In this document: in pieces, positions 12,979-26,629 of the stretch | Layout of the letters: the number at the start of each line of letters is the position of its first letter | Numbering within the stretch: the stretch's first letter is position 1 | Assembly (NCBI RefSeq): GCF_041956535.1 | Contig: NW_027192197.1 | Span: 135,829 to 199,828, forward strand | Origin: Calcarisporiella thermophila CBS 279.70 | Taxonomy: Eukaryota; Fungi; Calcarisporiellomycota | DNA length: 64,000 nt | Reading direction: 5' to 3' | Notes under the pieces: generated by a model | The model's input: the letters and a program-made list of their open reading frames with translations, nothing else | Told to the model about the DNA's origin: nothing | Database searches by the model: none | Translations under genes and position numbers: made by a program

Positions 12979-14445
12979 ATGGGTTTATGTTTATCTGCCG
13001 AAGAGAAGAAGGATCGCGAACGAAGCTTGGCCATCGATCGACAAATTGACGAAGACAATAAAAAGTTACGCAAAGAATGCAAAATTCTCTTATTAGGTAG
13101 GTCCGACTCTGGCCCCCTCCTCTCATCCTTTGATGCTGTTATGTTCGGTTTGAAATCAAGTGCTAACTCGCGTATATTCTTTTTACGCTCTCGCAAGGGA
13201 GCGGAGAGTCGGGAAAGTCTACCATCGTCAAGCAGATGAAGATCATTCACCTCGATGGTTATTCTGAGAACGAGCGTATATGGTGGCGTATTCCCATCTA
13301 CAAGAATGTCCATGAATCAATACAAGCCATCATCATGGCACTGGAAAAATTCGGTCTAAAATTTGACCAACCAGAAAATGAGGTAGTCCGGCTCCACTTA
13401 GGTGGAAGTTTGTAAGGATGGGCCGCTGACTGTTTTATTCTGTGTAGGAACATGCCAATTACATTATGGGATTTCAGATCAACTCGTCCCAGGAGTTCCG
13501 GCTTACTCCTGAATTTGTGGAAGCAGTGGAGTGCGTATGGAAGGATTCCGTCATGGAGAAACTGCTAGAACGGCAAAGCGACTTTTACTTGATGGATTCA
13601 GCACCCTAGTAAGTTTTATTGGCTCCCACACGGACTCAGCTCCGTGCCGCGTTGTTTCCTCGATAACGCTTTTTGTTTCTCGTGTTTAGTTTTGTGTCGG
13701 AAATCCGCCGACTAGGAGCCATCGACTACATCCCCACTCAGGATGACGTGCTCCGCGCTCGCCTACGCTCAACGGGCATCACCGAGACGCGGTTTAACAT
13801 CGGGCAGCTTAATATTCACCTGTTCGACGTAGGAGGACAGCGCAGCGAGCGCAAGAAGTGGATCCACTGCTTTGAATGCGTCACCTCAATCATTTTTTGC
13901 GTAGCGCTCTCGGAGTATGACCAGGTGCGGTTGTCGAGAGAGTGGTGTGCCCGTGGCTCTAGTTTAACGTGTTGGTTTTTCTCTTTCTGCAGGTGTTACT
14001 CGAGGAGTCGGCCCAGAACCGGATGGTGGAGAGCCTGGTCCTCTTCGAGTCCGTCATCAATAGCCGCTGGTTTCTGCGCAGTTCTGTGATCCTCTTCCTC
14101 AACAAATTTGACATTTTCAAACAGAAATTACCGCGAGTGCCGCTCTCCCGCTATTTCCCGGACTACTACGGCGGTGCCGATGTCAGCAAAGCAATCAAGT
14201 ATATAGCATGGCGATTTTCATCCATGAATCGAGCACGACTCAACATCTATCCTCATGTTACAACCGCAATCGACTCGTCAAATATAAGGTGAGTGGAAAG
14301 AGGCATCCTTTTTCTGTTCCTTTGACGGTGCTCATGACTCACGCCTCCACCCCCTTCTCCCCCGATTTACGCCTGTAGGCTGGTATTTGTCGCCGTCAAG
14401 GAGACGATACTACAAAATGCGCTTAAGGACTCGGGAATCCTTTAA
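12979..14445 (+). CDS. Heterotrimeric G protein alpha subunit, fungal group III (Gpa2/Gpa3-like, cAMP pathway)
   Basis: MGLC acylation site, spliced P-loop [28 protein letters not shown], and the group III C-terminus [15 protein letters not shown]. Confidence 0.96.
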
Positions 14446-14731
14446 AACCACAAAGTCATGTAGAATCCATTAGTTTACCTCTGGCTAAAGACAGAGGTCT
14501 TTTATATATTATATATATATATTTTTTGTTTTTGTCTTTCTGCATTCAAAATATGCTTGGTTCACCTTCTCTCTGCTCCTACTTTTCCTCCACTACTTAA
14601 CCCCTAATTTCCCTGCCTTTTCGTCTCGTCTTGAACCCAAATATTTTGTGAATTTGTACAGATTTTAACCCTATTTTCTTCTTCTTCTGCATAAATCTCC
14701 TTTATATTTTTTATTTTCTATTCTCCCCCCT

Positions 14732-14773
14732 TTTCTTCTTCTACTTCTTCTTCTACTTCTTCTTCTTCTACTT
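14732..14773 (+). repeat. (CTT/CTA)n trinucleotide microsatellite in the G-alpha 3' region
   Basis: ttcttcttctacttcttcttctacttcttcttcttctactt. Confidence 0.8.
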
Positions 14774-15187
14774 AATTATTAATAAATAATCAAGTCAAGG
14801 GAAAAACGGGCACCACCAACGAGCGCTTGTGACTGATCCGACCTCAGATCAATTTATTCAAGGGCGGGCATACTTTGGGGGGAGGACAGAAATTCGTTGG
14901 GTTTCGGTCGAAAATTTTGGACTGATCTCGAGTGGCCAAATGCACACATGTATTCCATGACTCGCTTGTCAAATCCCCCAAAGTTTCCCTGAACTCAATC
15001 TATAAAACCCATCCAAAAGCTGAGATCTCTTTTTATTTCTCCTTCCTTTTATTAACTGCATAAGTTTTTTTTTTCGTTATTGTTTAATCCTGTTCATTAA
15101 CATTAACACACCTCCTCATTTCCCTTTCCCCTGCCATCTTCTTGCTTCTCCGAATCACCTGTAGTCACCCTGACCTCTTGTTCCGCC

Positions 15188-15967
15188 ATGTTGACGCTTC
15201 CCTCTTCCCTTCCTACACAGGCTCGAGAAATTAGCGAGAAGCCGTTGATTCGCATTGCCCCTCCCGAATTCCAATTTCATCGTAGGTGCTTCTGTTTTGA
15301 TATGAAGATTCTGGATGAGAGACTAACACTTAGCCCATCGGCTCTCATTTCCTTTAGCTGCCAAAAACGGAATCGGCCTGGTGAGCCGGTTGACCGTGCG
15401 CAATTTACTTCAAAACTCAATAGCCATCAAATTCAAGGTGGGTTTGCTTGCTGATGCTGTCCCCCGCACTGCAACTAACTGAATGTGCTTCCCCCTCAGA
15501 CCAATGCCCCCCTTCGGTATAGTGTCAAGCCCGTCCAAGCGGTGCTTGCTCCACGCGAGAGCATTCAGATATACGTTCGTAGCGACGGCCCACCACAAGA
15601 AGTCGACCGCTTTCTAATGCAAAGCGTCTCGCTTACGGCCGATGAGGCCAAAGCCATGGACGCGGAGGGCTGGCGCCGCATTGAGCGCTGGCGGATAATG
15701 GAAAACCTGATCAATTGCCGAATCGCCGACGGGATGCTACGGCGGGAGAGCGCCGGCCAGATGGGAATGAAGGAGAGGAATATAGGGCTGGAGAAGGGGG
15801 AGCCCGAGAAGACAAAGCGCCAGGCTCAATGGGCGCTGGTGTCAAGGTATTCCAGGGTTCAGGTCCTGGTCGTGTCTTTTCTGTGCATACTGGTGGGCCT
15901 GATGCTACCGTTCGAGCAGTATTTGAGCGTTTTCTTCCATGAGAATGCCATCGTAGATCGACTTTGA
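15188..15967 (+). CDS. MSP-domain tail-anchored protein (VAP/Scs2-like)
   Basis: Spliced LTVRNLLQNSIAIKFK|TNAPLRYSVKP matches the MSP signature FKxKTTxPxxYxVRP. C-terminal TM VLVVSFLCILVGLML. Confidence 0.85.
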
Positions 15968-17481
15968 TTCTCCTGTATAACCCATGTTTTTTCTGTGTTT
16001 CCTTGTTCAACCCCACACCCCGCGCCTTTTTCTTGTACAAATGTTAGCTAATACTTAATCTCTTTTACTCCTTCTTTTCTTCTTTTCCTACTCTCTGTTT
16101 TTATTTTCCTTTGTGGACTGCTGTTCTTTACCATAGCGTTGAAGTTTATTGCCTTGACTTTTGTTTATACATCCATACTTCTCTCTCTATGATATCTTTT
16201 CCATTTACTCTATTCAATTCCAATGTATCACTTGCTTATTTATTCTAATTTTGATTAGTCTTTGGCCTGAGCTTGGACCCAAATGTTGATGGGGAAAACG
16301 TCACATGGGGCGACCAAAATAGAAAAAGTTAGCCTTGCATGGCTCGAAAGTTAAAACGGCCGATTTGGGGGGATGTGACGTGTGAACTTGAAATCTTATT
16401 TCTCACTCCTTACCCATGACCCCCTCCACTTCATTTTGGAAGATGGAGGCTCAGCGAAAAGGTAATTTCGGATGGGTGGAGCTGTGTAACCGTGGACCTC
16501 AGAGTAGGCTCCTGTGGCCGTGCGTAGATTGATATTTCGCCTGGGCCTGGTTTGAATTGCACGGCTAGATGAAGTCATCCTGCATCCATTCTCCCCATTC
16601 TCCCTTATCTTCGGCCGTAACCAGCTGAGGTTGGCCGAAATCGAGATTCGGCCAAGTATACACGAAACTTGGGGGCACCCCTCCCCCCATTTCCCCAATA
16701 TTAGGCTGGAAAAGCGAAGTTTCTCGCTTCGGAGGCCATGTCTTGGACAAGCGACGGACGAGCGAAAGCTTCGGCAATGCCCATGGAAGCACATGTCTGA
16801 ATCCGTGAAAGATTTGGTCCGATGCCATCTTGCACATCACGCCTCCTTGCTTACTTTAGCATTTGGCAAGACCAATGGGCCTTTTATAGCTGCCACTAGA
16901 TGGCCGGTATTATAAACTCGCGTATTCCTTTGGTTAACCTAATAATAAATCAATGGTCGATTGCCCTCAAGCCTTTAGGCCAGCTCCATTCCACGCAGGC
17001 TTGATTGGATGCCTTCAATACAGGCAGCTGTAGAGCTGTGCTCCCGAAGATTCTTCAAAGCACAGGCCTTGGGTTGATGCTAGCATCAATATATTGTGGT
17101 GACCGAGATGGCTTTTTTTATCTATTGCCCCTCTGGCCTGTGAAAATATTGATCTATTTTCCTCGTACACACATGCCATCCTGATCCCACATATTAGATC
17201 GAGTATTAAACTATCAGCGGATCCCATTGGTTGGTGTTATATAACATGGCCAATCAAGGCGGACGAACTTCCAGGTTAAGGTTAGGCAAAATCGGTGGAA
17301 TATCCTGAAAAAAATTTGGACTTTGGTAAGACAGATCACATTTTTTCATATAAAGCGAGAAGAGATCCGAAGCGCCCTCCTCCTGCTCTTTTGCCTAGGG
17401 CTAGTCTCTTCCTCTCCTTCTCTCCGCGCCTGTTCTAGTCCTCATGCGATCTTTCGGCTGTGCTTATGCCAGGCTAGAATA

Positions 17482-19143
17482 ATGCGCTTTTCGCTCGTGA
17501 TCTTGCTCATGAACTTGCTACTATGCTGCGTGCTGGGAGCTAGCCTTCATCTAGAGCAACGCGGAATACTCAGTAGCCTCGTGGGGGGAATTACCAATCT
17601 TCTGGGCGGGGGAACGCCTCGCTCGCAACAGAGCTCTTTGCCGCCTGTAGCGAACGAGCGCGCCCCCGCATTACAGAGCACGTCTGCGGGAGGGTCTTCC
17701 ACTTCGTCAGCAGAGCTCGGCGCCAACTCCTCTCGGTCCCGATTCTCCGCTCCCAGAAATTCTACCGCCAAGGCCTCTGCCCCCTCCAAGAGCTCCACCT
17801 CCAAGAAATCTTCTTCCAAGGTGCCCAGCTCCAAGACGGTGAACCCAAGAGTATCGAATGCCAAGCAGCCTAGCTCCAGGCAGCCTAATTCCAAACAGCT
17901 CAACTCCAAATTCCCTTCTTCTAAATCCCCCAAATCGGCCGGCTCCAAGCCTTTTGGCTCTAAAGCTGTCAGCCCAAACTCTTCCTCACCCGGCGCTCCC
18001 GGCGCCCAAGCCCCATCGAATACCCTTAACCCGCCCTCCAACCCCCTTCTTACCTCCATTCCTACCCCCGACCCTGAGTTTCTCCAGGCTAACCACAAGG
18101 GAAACTATCTTCGCTCCGTGCTTGAAACGATACCCAGGGGTGGACGAGAGGCGCTCACCCCTCGCCAACTCCAGGCCCTCATCCAATACACAAAGCTTGC
18201 TCTGCTGGCACAATGCACCGACATCCAACCGGGGCCGTTTACTTGCAAGGTGTTCTGCAACGAATTCCCCAACACAACCACGATCGATCGCTTCCAGTTC
18301 GGCATCCAAGACTATACCGGGTATATTGCAAGGGATGATGCACGAAAGGCGATCATAGTCAGCTTCAAGGGGGCCGACACCATCATTTCCAAGTTGTTTG
18401 ATCTGGCGCTGATTCCGTTTCCGTATTTGAGGGGGAGAGGCAGTGGCCTCGCCATGGTGCATTCTGGTAAGTGTGACTGCTTTCCGAGGTAAACTTGGGA
18501 ACGCAGGCCAAGAGACATGTCAACATAACTTGCCAAGCGCATCGCTAACACACGATTTTCTGGGATAGGCATCATGACTTCCTACTACTCCGCGCGTACC
18601 TTTTTTATATCCAGGGTGGTCAATCAGCTCGCCAGCTTTCCGGACTATACATTGGAGGTCGTCGGCCACAGCATGGGCGGCAATTATGCCGTGATGCATG
18701 CCATCGATCTTCTCGATTCCTTGCCCGACCTCGACCCGAAACGCATCACCCTGGTCACCTTTGGGGAGGCTCGCTTCGGCAACCGAGCCTTTGCAAACTA
18801 CATCGACCGATATGGGTTCCTGAGTAAGCGGGTTGTGAATAAACGCGACAAAGCGCCGCACTTTATCAAGCAATCCATGGGATTCCAGGTAGGCTCAATG
18901 ACCGAACGCATCGCCTTCGTTTCCCAGCGTCAGTCTCATATTTGCTAAACTTGCCTCTATTTTCATGACCTCCTTTAGCACCATGCCCAGGAACTCTGGA
19001 CCGTGCCTGGGCCGGATATAACTACCCTCGCGTGTGATGGTCAAGAGGACCCACAGTGTTCCGATTCCATCGAGGACTCTGCCATCGACGATGACCACCT
19101 CGTCTACCTTGGTATTGATGTGAACATTTGTCAAAAATTATAG
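17482..19143 (+). CDS. Secreted class 3 lipase with a long Ser/Lys/Pro-rich N-terminal extension
   Basis: Signal peptide MRFSLVILLMNLLLCCVLG, IIVSFKG, VHSG, nucleophile motif GHSMGG, VTFGEARFGN, NKRD (Asp) and DHLVYLG (His), with two introns. Confidence 0.92.
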
Positions 19144-19729
19144 CCTGGTGGCCGGCCTTATCCATTTCCCTTCATTATTTCGCTTATCTCTATTTAATCT
19201 CTATTGCTAATTTATTCATGAACTCTTTGTAATTTTAATCAATATAAAAGCATATACGGCATCTGGATCGGCCTTGGGGGGAGAGGGGAGGGGGAGAAGA
19301 AAAAGAATAGAACCGTTAGCAGCAGTTAGCCTGCCCACTCTCTACTTTCCAATCTATTTTAGGACGGAAGTGGTTCTATTCCCTATGGAGGTTGTAATTT
19401 CAAAGCAGATAGACCCGCTGAGGGGGACCTCTCGGCTCTTATTAAAATCTATACATGGGAATTTTTAATATGCGAGCAACGTAACTCGAGGAGATAGATA
19501 TTTCAATCTTAGCCGTTGAGACTCCCTTTATATACAGTCTTGATAAACTCTCTTTGTATCTCTGCCTCCAAGTGTGTCATCAAACAAAACCAAAGAGTTG
19601 ACGGCTAGCTCTCCCCTCAACCCCCTCCTCTTTCCCTCCCGTCTTGCCGGTCGCCTCACTCTAACTTCCCGTCTCCTCCTCCCCTTTCTGGACTGGCTGT
19701 CAATTGCATTCAACGTTCTAATTAGTATA

Positions 19730-21191
19730 ATGCAAATTCTACCATTGCTTATTTCATTGACCACATTCACGCTCACCAGAGGTGTCAGATACCCACAAGC
19801 AGATGCCATCCCGCCCATGCTTGAGGAATGGTATTCGCTCATCAAATGGAATGAGATTCCCAAGGCGCCGCAGTCGCCGAAAGGTGGATTCCCGGATTGC
19901 GATGAAGGAGATGAGTTCTGCGCATGGACTTGCACGGGATGCATGCGGCGCGAGGACGTGAGAGTATGCCCAGACAAGGGTATATGGGGGCTGACGGTCT
20001 GTAGATAGAAATATACATAACCGATACTAATCAAATTTGGGCTAATTCAAGTTTTTATTTCGTTCTCTTTCACTTTGGCTTTGTCACTTGCCATTATCCA
20101 TTAGTATGACGACGGTCCCACCGAGTTTTCCACGGCTCTCCTGGACTATCTCGATGCGATCAACCAAAAGGCAACCTTTTTCATCATCGGGTCCCGGGCC
20201 GTGGACCACGGGCACCTTCTTGAACGCGCCTTCAAGGCGGGCCACCACATTGCTTCCCATACTTGGTCGCACCGTCCGCTCACCTCGCTTTCCAACGAGC
20301 AAATTGTCGCAGAGATGAAATGGACGGAGCACGCCATTCGGGATCGGATTGGCGTGACCGTGAAATACATGCGGCCGCCGTTTGGAGATATCGACGACCG
20401 GGTCAGGGGGATACTAGCGCAGCTGGGATACCGCATCGTCATCTGGTCGCACGACTCCAACGATTGGATGCTGAAAGAGAACGTTGGGTTCTCATACGAG
20501 GTTTTGTGTTATTCTCTCCGGATTTCGGCCTAGAAGGATGGAGTGCTGATTGTTTTTTATTCCAAACATATAGTGGATCGGGGGTAACTTCACTCGATGG
20601 GAGGTGGAATCAAGGGACTGGAAAACAGGAGTAAGTTTTCTGGAAACTTTGCTTGACCTCGTTTGAAATCACGAACTAAATAAACCCCTTGTTTCTCTAT
20701 TACATCAAACCCTTTTAGGCCATTTCTTTGGAACAGTAAGTTTTCCTTTCTCCGCTTTTTCCATTGACTTCATTCTAATGGGGAAGTTGATGTGTCCTCG
20801 GTGCCTCTATAGCGACCTCTATGAAATCACGGTCAAAGCGGCCATCCAGGTCCTTCCCGCCCTCCGTCGCACCTTCACCGTGGTTCCCGTCGCCACATGC
20901 CTCAATGACCCACACCCTTATGTAGAAAACATCTCCTACCCAACTTTAGAAGATTTCTTACGCACTAGCAGCGTCAATCGTACCTCCACCCTGTCTCCTC
21001 CCCTAGCTTCCACATCCGCCTCCTCCAGAGATTTCCCCTCGCCGACTCCAACTGAGTTTGTCAAAACGCGTAATCCAACAAGTGCGCACAAGGCTTGGTC
21101 AGGAGCGGCAGCGAAAGAGGAAGGCGAGTTGAAAAGACTACTGTTGTGGCTGGCATTGATCCAGAGTGCGTTTTTTATTTGCACTCTTTGA
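19730..21191 (+). CDS. Chitin/polysaccharide deacetylase (CE4, NodB domain), probably GPI-anchored
   Basis: Signal peptide, CAWTCTGC..DVRVCP..WGLT|YDDGP, HTWSH, RPPFGD, DSNDW, ISLE, a Ser/Thr stalk and a hydrophobic C-terminus. Confidence 0.93.
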
Positions 21192-21433
21192 TACACAAGG
21201 GTCAAGTCTGTATAGTTTATATACTTTAGCATATTATTTTTTCTTTTGCTTTCTCTCTCTCTTTTATTTTTTTTTTTTCAAGCAGTTTATCTAAGCTCAT
21301 ATTATACCACATGTTGAATATCAATTTATATAAAATATCCATTTGCTCTCTTCCCAGGAACCTGGTTGTGTATTCTCGAAAGATAGCCATGAGGAACCAA
21401 AAAAAAAAGAGTGATACCGGAACATCCAAAGCA

Positions 21434-24008
21434 TCACACTTCACCCTCTTCTTTTGGCTCGTCTAAATCCATATACTGCAGTCTGGGCCTAGAATCCAAA
21501 GACCGGTCGACCGGCGCTTCCGATTCCGGGCCATCCTCCTGGCGAGAGCGGGACCGTTTAGAGGGTCGCTTGTCTTCATACTCGTTGTCGCTCTCGGATT
21601 CGCTGTGCCCGCGAGAGTACGATCTCCGCCGTCGGTGGCGGTGCTTGCGGCTGCTCCCACTGCTATGATGGGTGCCTTTTCGTTCCCGGTCACCGCCACT
21701 ATCTGCATCCTCCAGCTCGCCCTCTTCCTCAATATGCCGTCGTAGCCGGCGCATGTATTTTTCGAACACTTCAATGCGCTTTTCATCGGATTCCACGGCC
21801 TGGAACTCTTCTGTGTTTTCGTATCGCCGCTTGACCTATTCACGAAAAAAAAAGGGGGCGGTGAGTAAACAGAAACTGATGCCTTGCCAGAGCAAGTTTG
21901 AAAAGAGCGCTCTCAGGGCCAACCTCTTCCCAACTGGTGTCCAGGGTGATCGGCGGGTTAGAGTATTTCAATGCGCGCCTAAATTCTTCTGCTCGTTTGC
22001 GGGCTCGACGCTCCTGTCGCCGCTGCTCATCCTTGAGATGACGTATGGAACGGCGGTGTAAATGGTCAAAGATCAAAGACAGGTTTTCGCGCCCATAGGC
22101 TTTATATTTCTCCTCCTGCGACACAAAGTCGACGAACTGTTCGAGGGAGGTGTCCGGTGTGACCCGGAAATCTTTGTCCTAATATAAATAGTGAAAAAGA
22201 AAAAAAAGATATTAAGCATTCCTGCCTACGAGCGCCTTGATCGAATGAGCGAAGTACCTGTAAATAGTGCTCCACGCTTTTACGCTGGTCATACAGTTGC
22301 TCCTCCAATTCTCCAACCAGATCCCAGAAGAGCTCCAGTGGGGACGATCCAGGCTGCCCAAGGATTTGTAGGTACCGTTGGTCGTTAGCAAGATGAGGAT
22401 ATATTTCCATCCACAGGGTTTTCGCATGGATCAGACCTTTGCTTTTCAGCTCCCCTAGCAGCTCCTATGGAAGTGAAGAGCAAGGAAGATGAGAGGAACT
22501 CTTGGGAAAAATAAATCGAATGCAAATCCCGGGTAGCTTGCCTTGAATTTGTCTCGGTTCTGCCTTTCCTGTCGTAATTTTTTCCGTTTTTCTTCCTCCC
22601 TCTTTTCATCCTCCTCCCGCTCCAGCTTCTTGATAAACTCCTCCCACACATCCAATATGTCCATCCACGGCAACTGGTCGATTCCTTGGGCTTTGAATTC
22701 TGGCAACGCCGTGAAGATGGCCTTCGCATCCTTCCACTTTGTGCGTACATTAATATCCGGGTGTGTGTGCAAGATGTTATTGAGCGCGTCGGTACGTTCG
22801 CGCCGTAACTTGCGGTCGCGCTCTTTTTCGCGATTATGGAGGTCGCTCACATAATCATCAAAAATGCGCTCGAGTTCGCGCGGGGAGGTAGAGAGGGCCT
22901 GGAAAGCGGGCTCATTAGCAAATATCTTTGCGACTTTTCTAAATGGCTCGCAATATAAGTTAGAGGGGGGAATCAATGATATAAATAGATAGATGGTCTA
23001 CCCAAATCTCGTATTGGATGTTATTTCAGGGTGAGAGGATAGCAGTCGAAGAAAATCCTCTCGTGCCTTGGCAAGGAACGCCTCTCTTTCTTCCTATAGT
23101 CGAGTATGAGATCAGAATTTGAGAAGGCATTATAGTTCTTAAATCCAGCTAAATCTTACCTTTTCTGCTTTCAACAGCCCATCAATGTATTTTTGGAACG
23201 TCGCTTTCCGTTCCGCCGTAGTTTTCAGTACTTTGTACTGTGGTCGAGTGATGATGGCACGCATGGTCTGCTCCCACGTCCAACTGGATTCCACTCCCTG
23301 CAAAGGCAGAGGTTATCATTAGAGATCCTTCAATATTCTTTTTTTTTTGGTAAAGCTTAAGCTTACCGCATTTTTTAGGAGCTTCATGAATTCTCCCTCT
23401 GGATCCTGCACATCAGTTAATTCCATCGCAGCCTCACCCTGTTTTGACATGGCTCCGGTCTGTGGAGCTGGCGGGGGAACGGGATCCAGCTTACTAAGTT
23501 GGCAGAAAAGGATGAATAAAAGTATTCCAGAGGACATGACAAGTGGGAACATACCCTTCTTGCTTTAGCTTCTCGATCTTTTCTACCATTACTAAAAAAT
23601 AAAAAAAGATTTGAAGGTTAAACTTTGAGTACTCTAGGATAGAGGTTGGATTCATATTCACATTGGTATTCTTGTGGCATATCCCATTTTGACTCTTTAG
23701 TTTTCGCATTGTAATAGTATTTCTTTCCTTCCGCAGTGGTGTGTTCTTTCCATTCGCACTCAGCTCGCACGCGCTCTTCAGGCGTCATTAACTCGGCAGG
23801 TTTTTCCCAAGAGCTCTTACCGCTTGCCGCGTGGTAATAATACTTGCGGCCTTCGGGCGATGTGTATTCAGCCCAGCCGTGCTAAATCAGACACAAAAAA
23901 TTAAGAAGAAAGCTCCAAGAATGTAGCCGATGACTGAAAACATACGTTTGATTGCGCGTAGGCTGCATTGGAGCCTTGGATCCCGGATGGAGCACTAGTG
24001 GGTGGCAT
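21434..24008 (-). CDS. PRP40: U1 snRNP protein Prp40 (two WW domains plus FF repeats)
   Basis: [26 protein letters not shown] and [17 protein letters not shown] domains, FF repeats, [13 protein letters not shown], and an RS-like tail ending EEGEV*. Confidence 0.95.
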
Positions 24009-24306
24009 CGCGTAATGGCCAAACTTCAAAATAGCTAGTTAAGAGGCGTATGCGTAAGTAGATGACAACTTTGACGGATATGTTCGTTGATAGCTAACAA
24101 TCTACGACGGGTTTGAAAGCGATCGTAAGTGTATCACGCTCAAAATCAAGACCAGTATAAAGCTCTAATATTCGATATCAACTTCGTTTTCCAATTTGAA
24201 GTATATTGATGGCTTAGCTTTTTTCTTAGAGTTTCTCGTCTAATTTTTTTTTTACTGATCTCTGCTGAAGGAAACGTAAAGTGGAGGAAAGGAGGCCCGA
24301 TCTAAG

Positions 24307-25925
24307 ATGGTAAGTAAAGAATCTCAACCTAGTTGCACACCCGCCGTCTAACCAATTTTCTCTCTTTCCATGGGTGCCCATCGCCGATAGAGCGTTCTTC
24401 TTGAAACCTCAGTCGGAGACATCGTCATCGACCTCTTCACCGAGCAATGCCCTCAGACATCTCTCAATTTCCTCAAACTCTGTAAAATCAAGTACTACAA
24501 CTTCTGTGCCTTTCACAACATACAGCGAGACTTTATTGCACAAACGGGTGACCCCACTGCAACGGGAAAAGGCGGAGAATCGGTGTTCGGTGTGATCCAT
24601 GGGCCCTCTCGTAAATACTTCCCGGCGGAAATCAACCCCACCCTAAAACACCGGGCACGGGGGACAGTATCGATGGCAGTGGCACAGGATGAGGACAGCA
24701 GCGGAGGAGGAGGCGGGGTGAGCGGGTCACAATTTTTTATCACTCTGGGGGAGAATTTAGATTATCTTGACGGAAAATACACCGTGTTTGGCGAGGTTGC
24801 CGAGGGCCTCGAGACCCTTGACAAGATCAACGCCACCCTCTGCGATGACGACGGGCGCCCTTTCAGAGATCTGCGCATCAAACACACCGTTATCCTTGAC
24901 GATCCGTTCCCCGACCCACCGGGCCTAGTCATTCCCGACGCATCCCCGTTACCAACCAAGGAGATGCTCGAGACGGTAAGGCTTGCGGAGGACGAGGAGC
25001 TGGAGGAGGAGGGGATTCCGGAAGAGGAGTTGGAGAAGCGAAGGAGAGAAAGAGAGGCCAAAGCACAGGCATTGACGCTGGAGATGGTGGGAGACTTACC
25101 GTTTGCTGAGGTGAAGCCTCCTGAGAACGTCCTCTTCGTTTGCAAGCTGAATCCGGTGACGCGAGAGGAGGATCTCGAGCTGATCTTCTCGCGCTTCGGC
25201 AAGATCGATAGCTGCGAAATCATCCGGGACAAGAAAACGGGCGATTCATTATGTTATGGGTTCATTGAGTTCGATCGGAGGGAGGACTGCGAGGAAGCGT
25301 GAGTGCTAGCATGGATATTGGGCGTTGCCCTTCACTTGGCTAACCTTTTTTCGAACATACCACTGTTTTTAGTGTCTTGAGGATGCATAATGTTCTTATC
25401 GACGACCGTCGCATCCACGTCGATTTCTCACAGTCCGTGTCTAAATTGCACAAGCACTGGGTCACGAGCAAGATCAAAAAGAGCCGGGGGAACGGGGAGT
25501 CGTTTGGGGGCGAGAATCTGAGGAAAAAAACGCGGTACCGTGATGAAGACGACGATGATAGAGCATATGAACTGGTGTTTGACCATGGGGGGTCATTGGA
25601 GAAAGAAAAGCGGGGAATCACAGATGAGAGGATAGGAGAGACCCGAGAGAGCGAGCCCAGAGAGAGGAGAAGAGAGGGCGACGAGGACAAATACAGATAC
25701 GAGGGGAGGAGAGGGGAGGAAAGGCAACGAAGGGAGGAGAGGAATTATGATCGAAGACATAACGGGGAACGACGTTATGACGATAGACGTTCGCGGAGCC
25801 CCCATCGTCGTCACGGGGACCGTGACAGGGATCGGGACCGTGATCGAGGGCGAGAACCATACTCCCGAAGTCGCCGCTCTCGATCACGGTCGCGCGAACG
25901 AGACTATAGGCGGAGTCGTAGATGA
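24307..25925 (+). CDS. PPIL4: Cyclophilin-RRM peptidyl-prolyl isomerase-like 4 (Rct1/Cyp59 family)
   Basis: ATG|intron|[16 protein letters not shown]...[37 protein letters not shown]...[15 protein letters not shown], and an RD/RS tail. Confidence 0.96.
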
Positions 25926-26077
25926 ACTATGCAATTCATTAATTTCAGAGCAAAAAATAAACTATATAATCCTAGAGAGGAAAGCGTGAAAAAGTGATTC
26001 TCTCCATGCCGATGGAAACAATCCTTGTTTTCTAAAAGTTCTTTATTTGACAATAAAAACAAAGGGGCACTGACTTC

Positions 26078-26629
26078 TTAACATGACACCAGATTTTGTA
26101 ACGCTGCCACGAGATCCCCATTGCTCTCACGCAACTGCCGCTCTGCCTGCTGACGGGTGACTTGCATCTCCTCCATCTACCATAATAATAATTCAGTGAC
26201 ATAATTAGGAATGCACGCACAAGTTCACTTACGATAAGTGCAACATCCTCCTTGGATAGGGCTACTTTTTCTGCATCTTTTGCTCTATAAATGAAGACCC
26301 GTTATGGAATCGATCAAGTAGAATTAGGATCCAATCTTATATACTCACGGCGCAGCCCCCGTCTTTTGTTTGTCTCTTGCTTCACCCAGCATCCGCACAG
26401 CTTCTCCAAGCTTGATCTCATCCACCATATCGCGTTCCTCCTGGACATGCGCTGTCATATGCCGCATATCCTTGTTGGCCTTGGCTTTCTCTCCCTTTTG
26501 TTCCTCCTGATTCTCCTCGTTTTCATCGTCAGCATCGGGCGTCGTCTTGGTATCCTTGTCTGTCTTGGGGGGATCTTGATGCTTCTCGTCCTGAGGTGTT
26601 GATGCTGCTTTCTTTGATTTTGATGTCAT
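26078..26629 (-). CDS. HYPK: Huntingtin-interacting protein K homologue (NatA-associated, UBA-like C-terminus)
   Basis: An acidic N-terminus is followed by spliced exons VALSKEDVALI|MEEMQVTRQQAERQLRESNGDLVAALQNLVSC*, matching the HYPK C-terminal domain. Confidence 0.85.
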
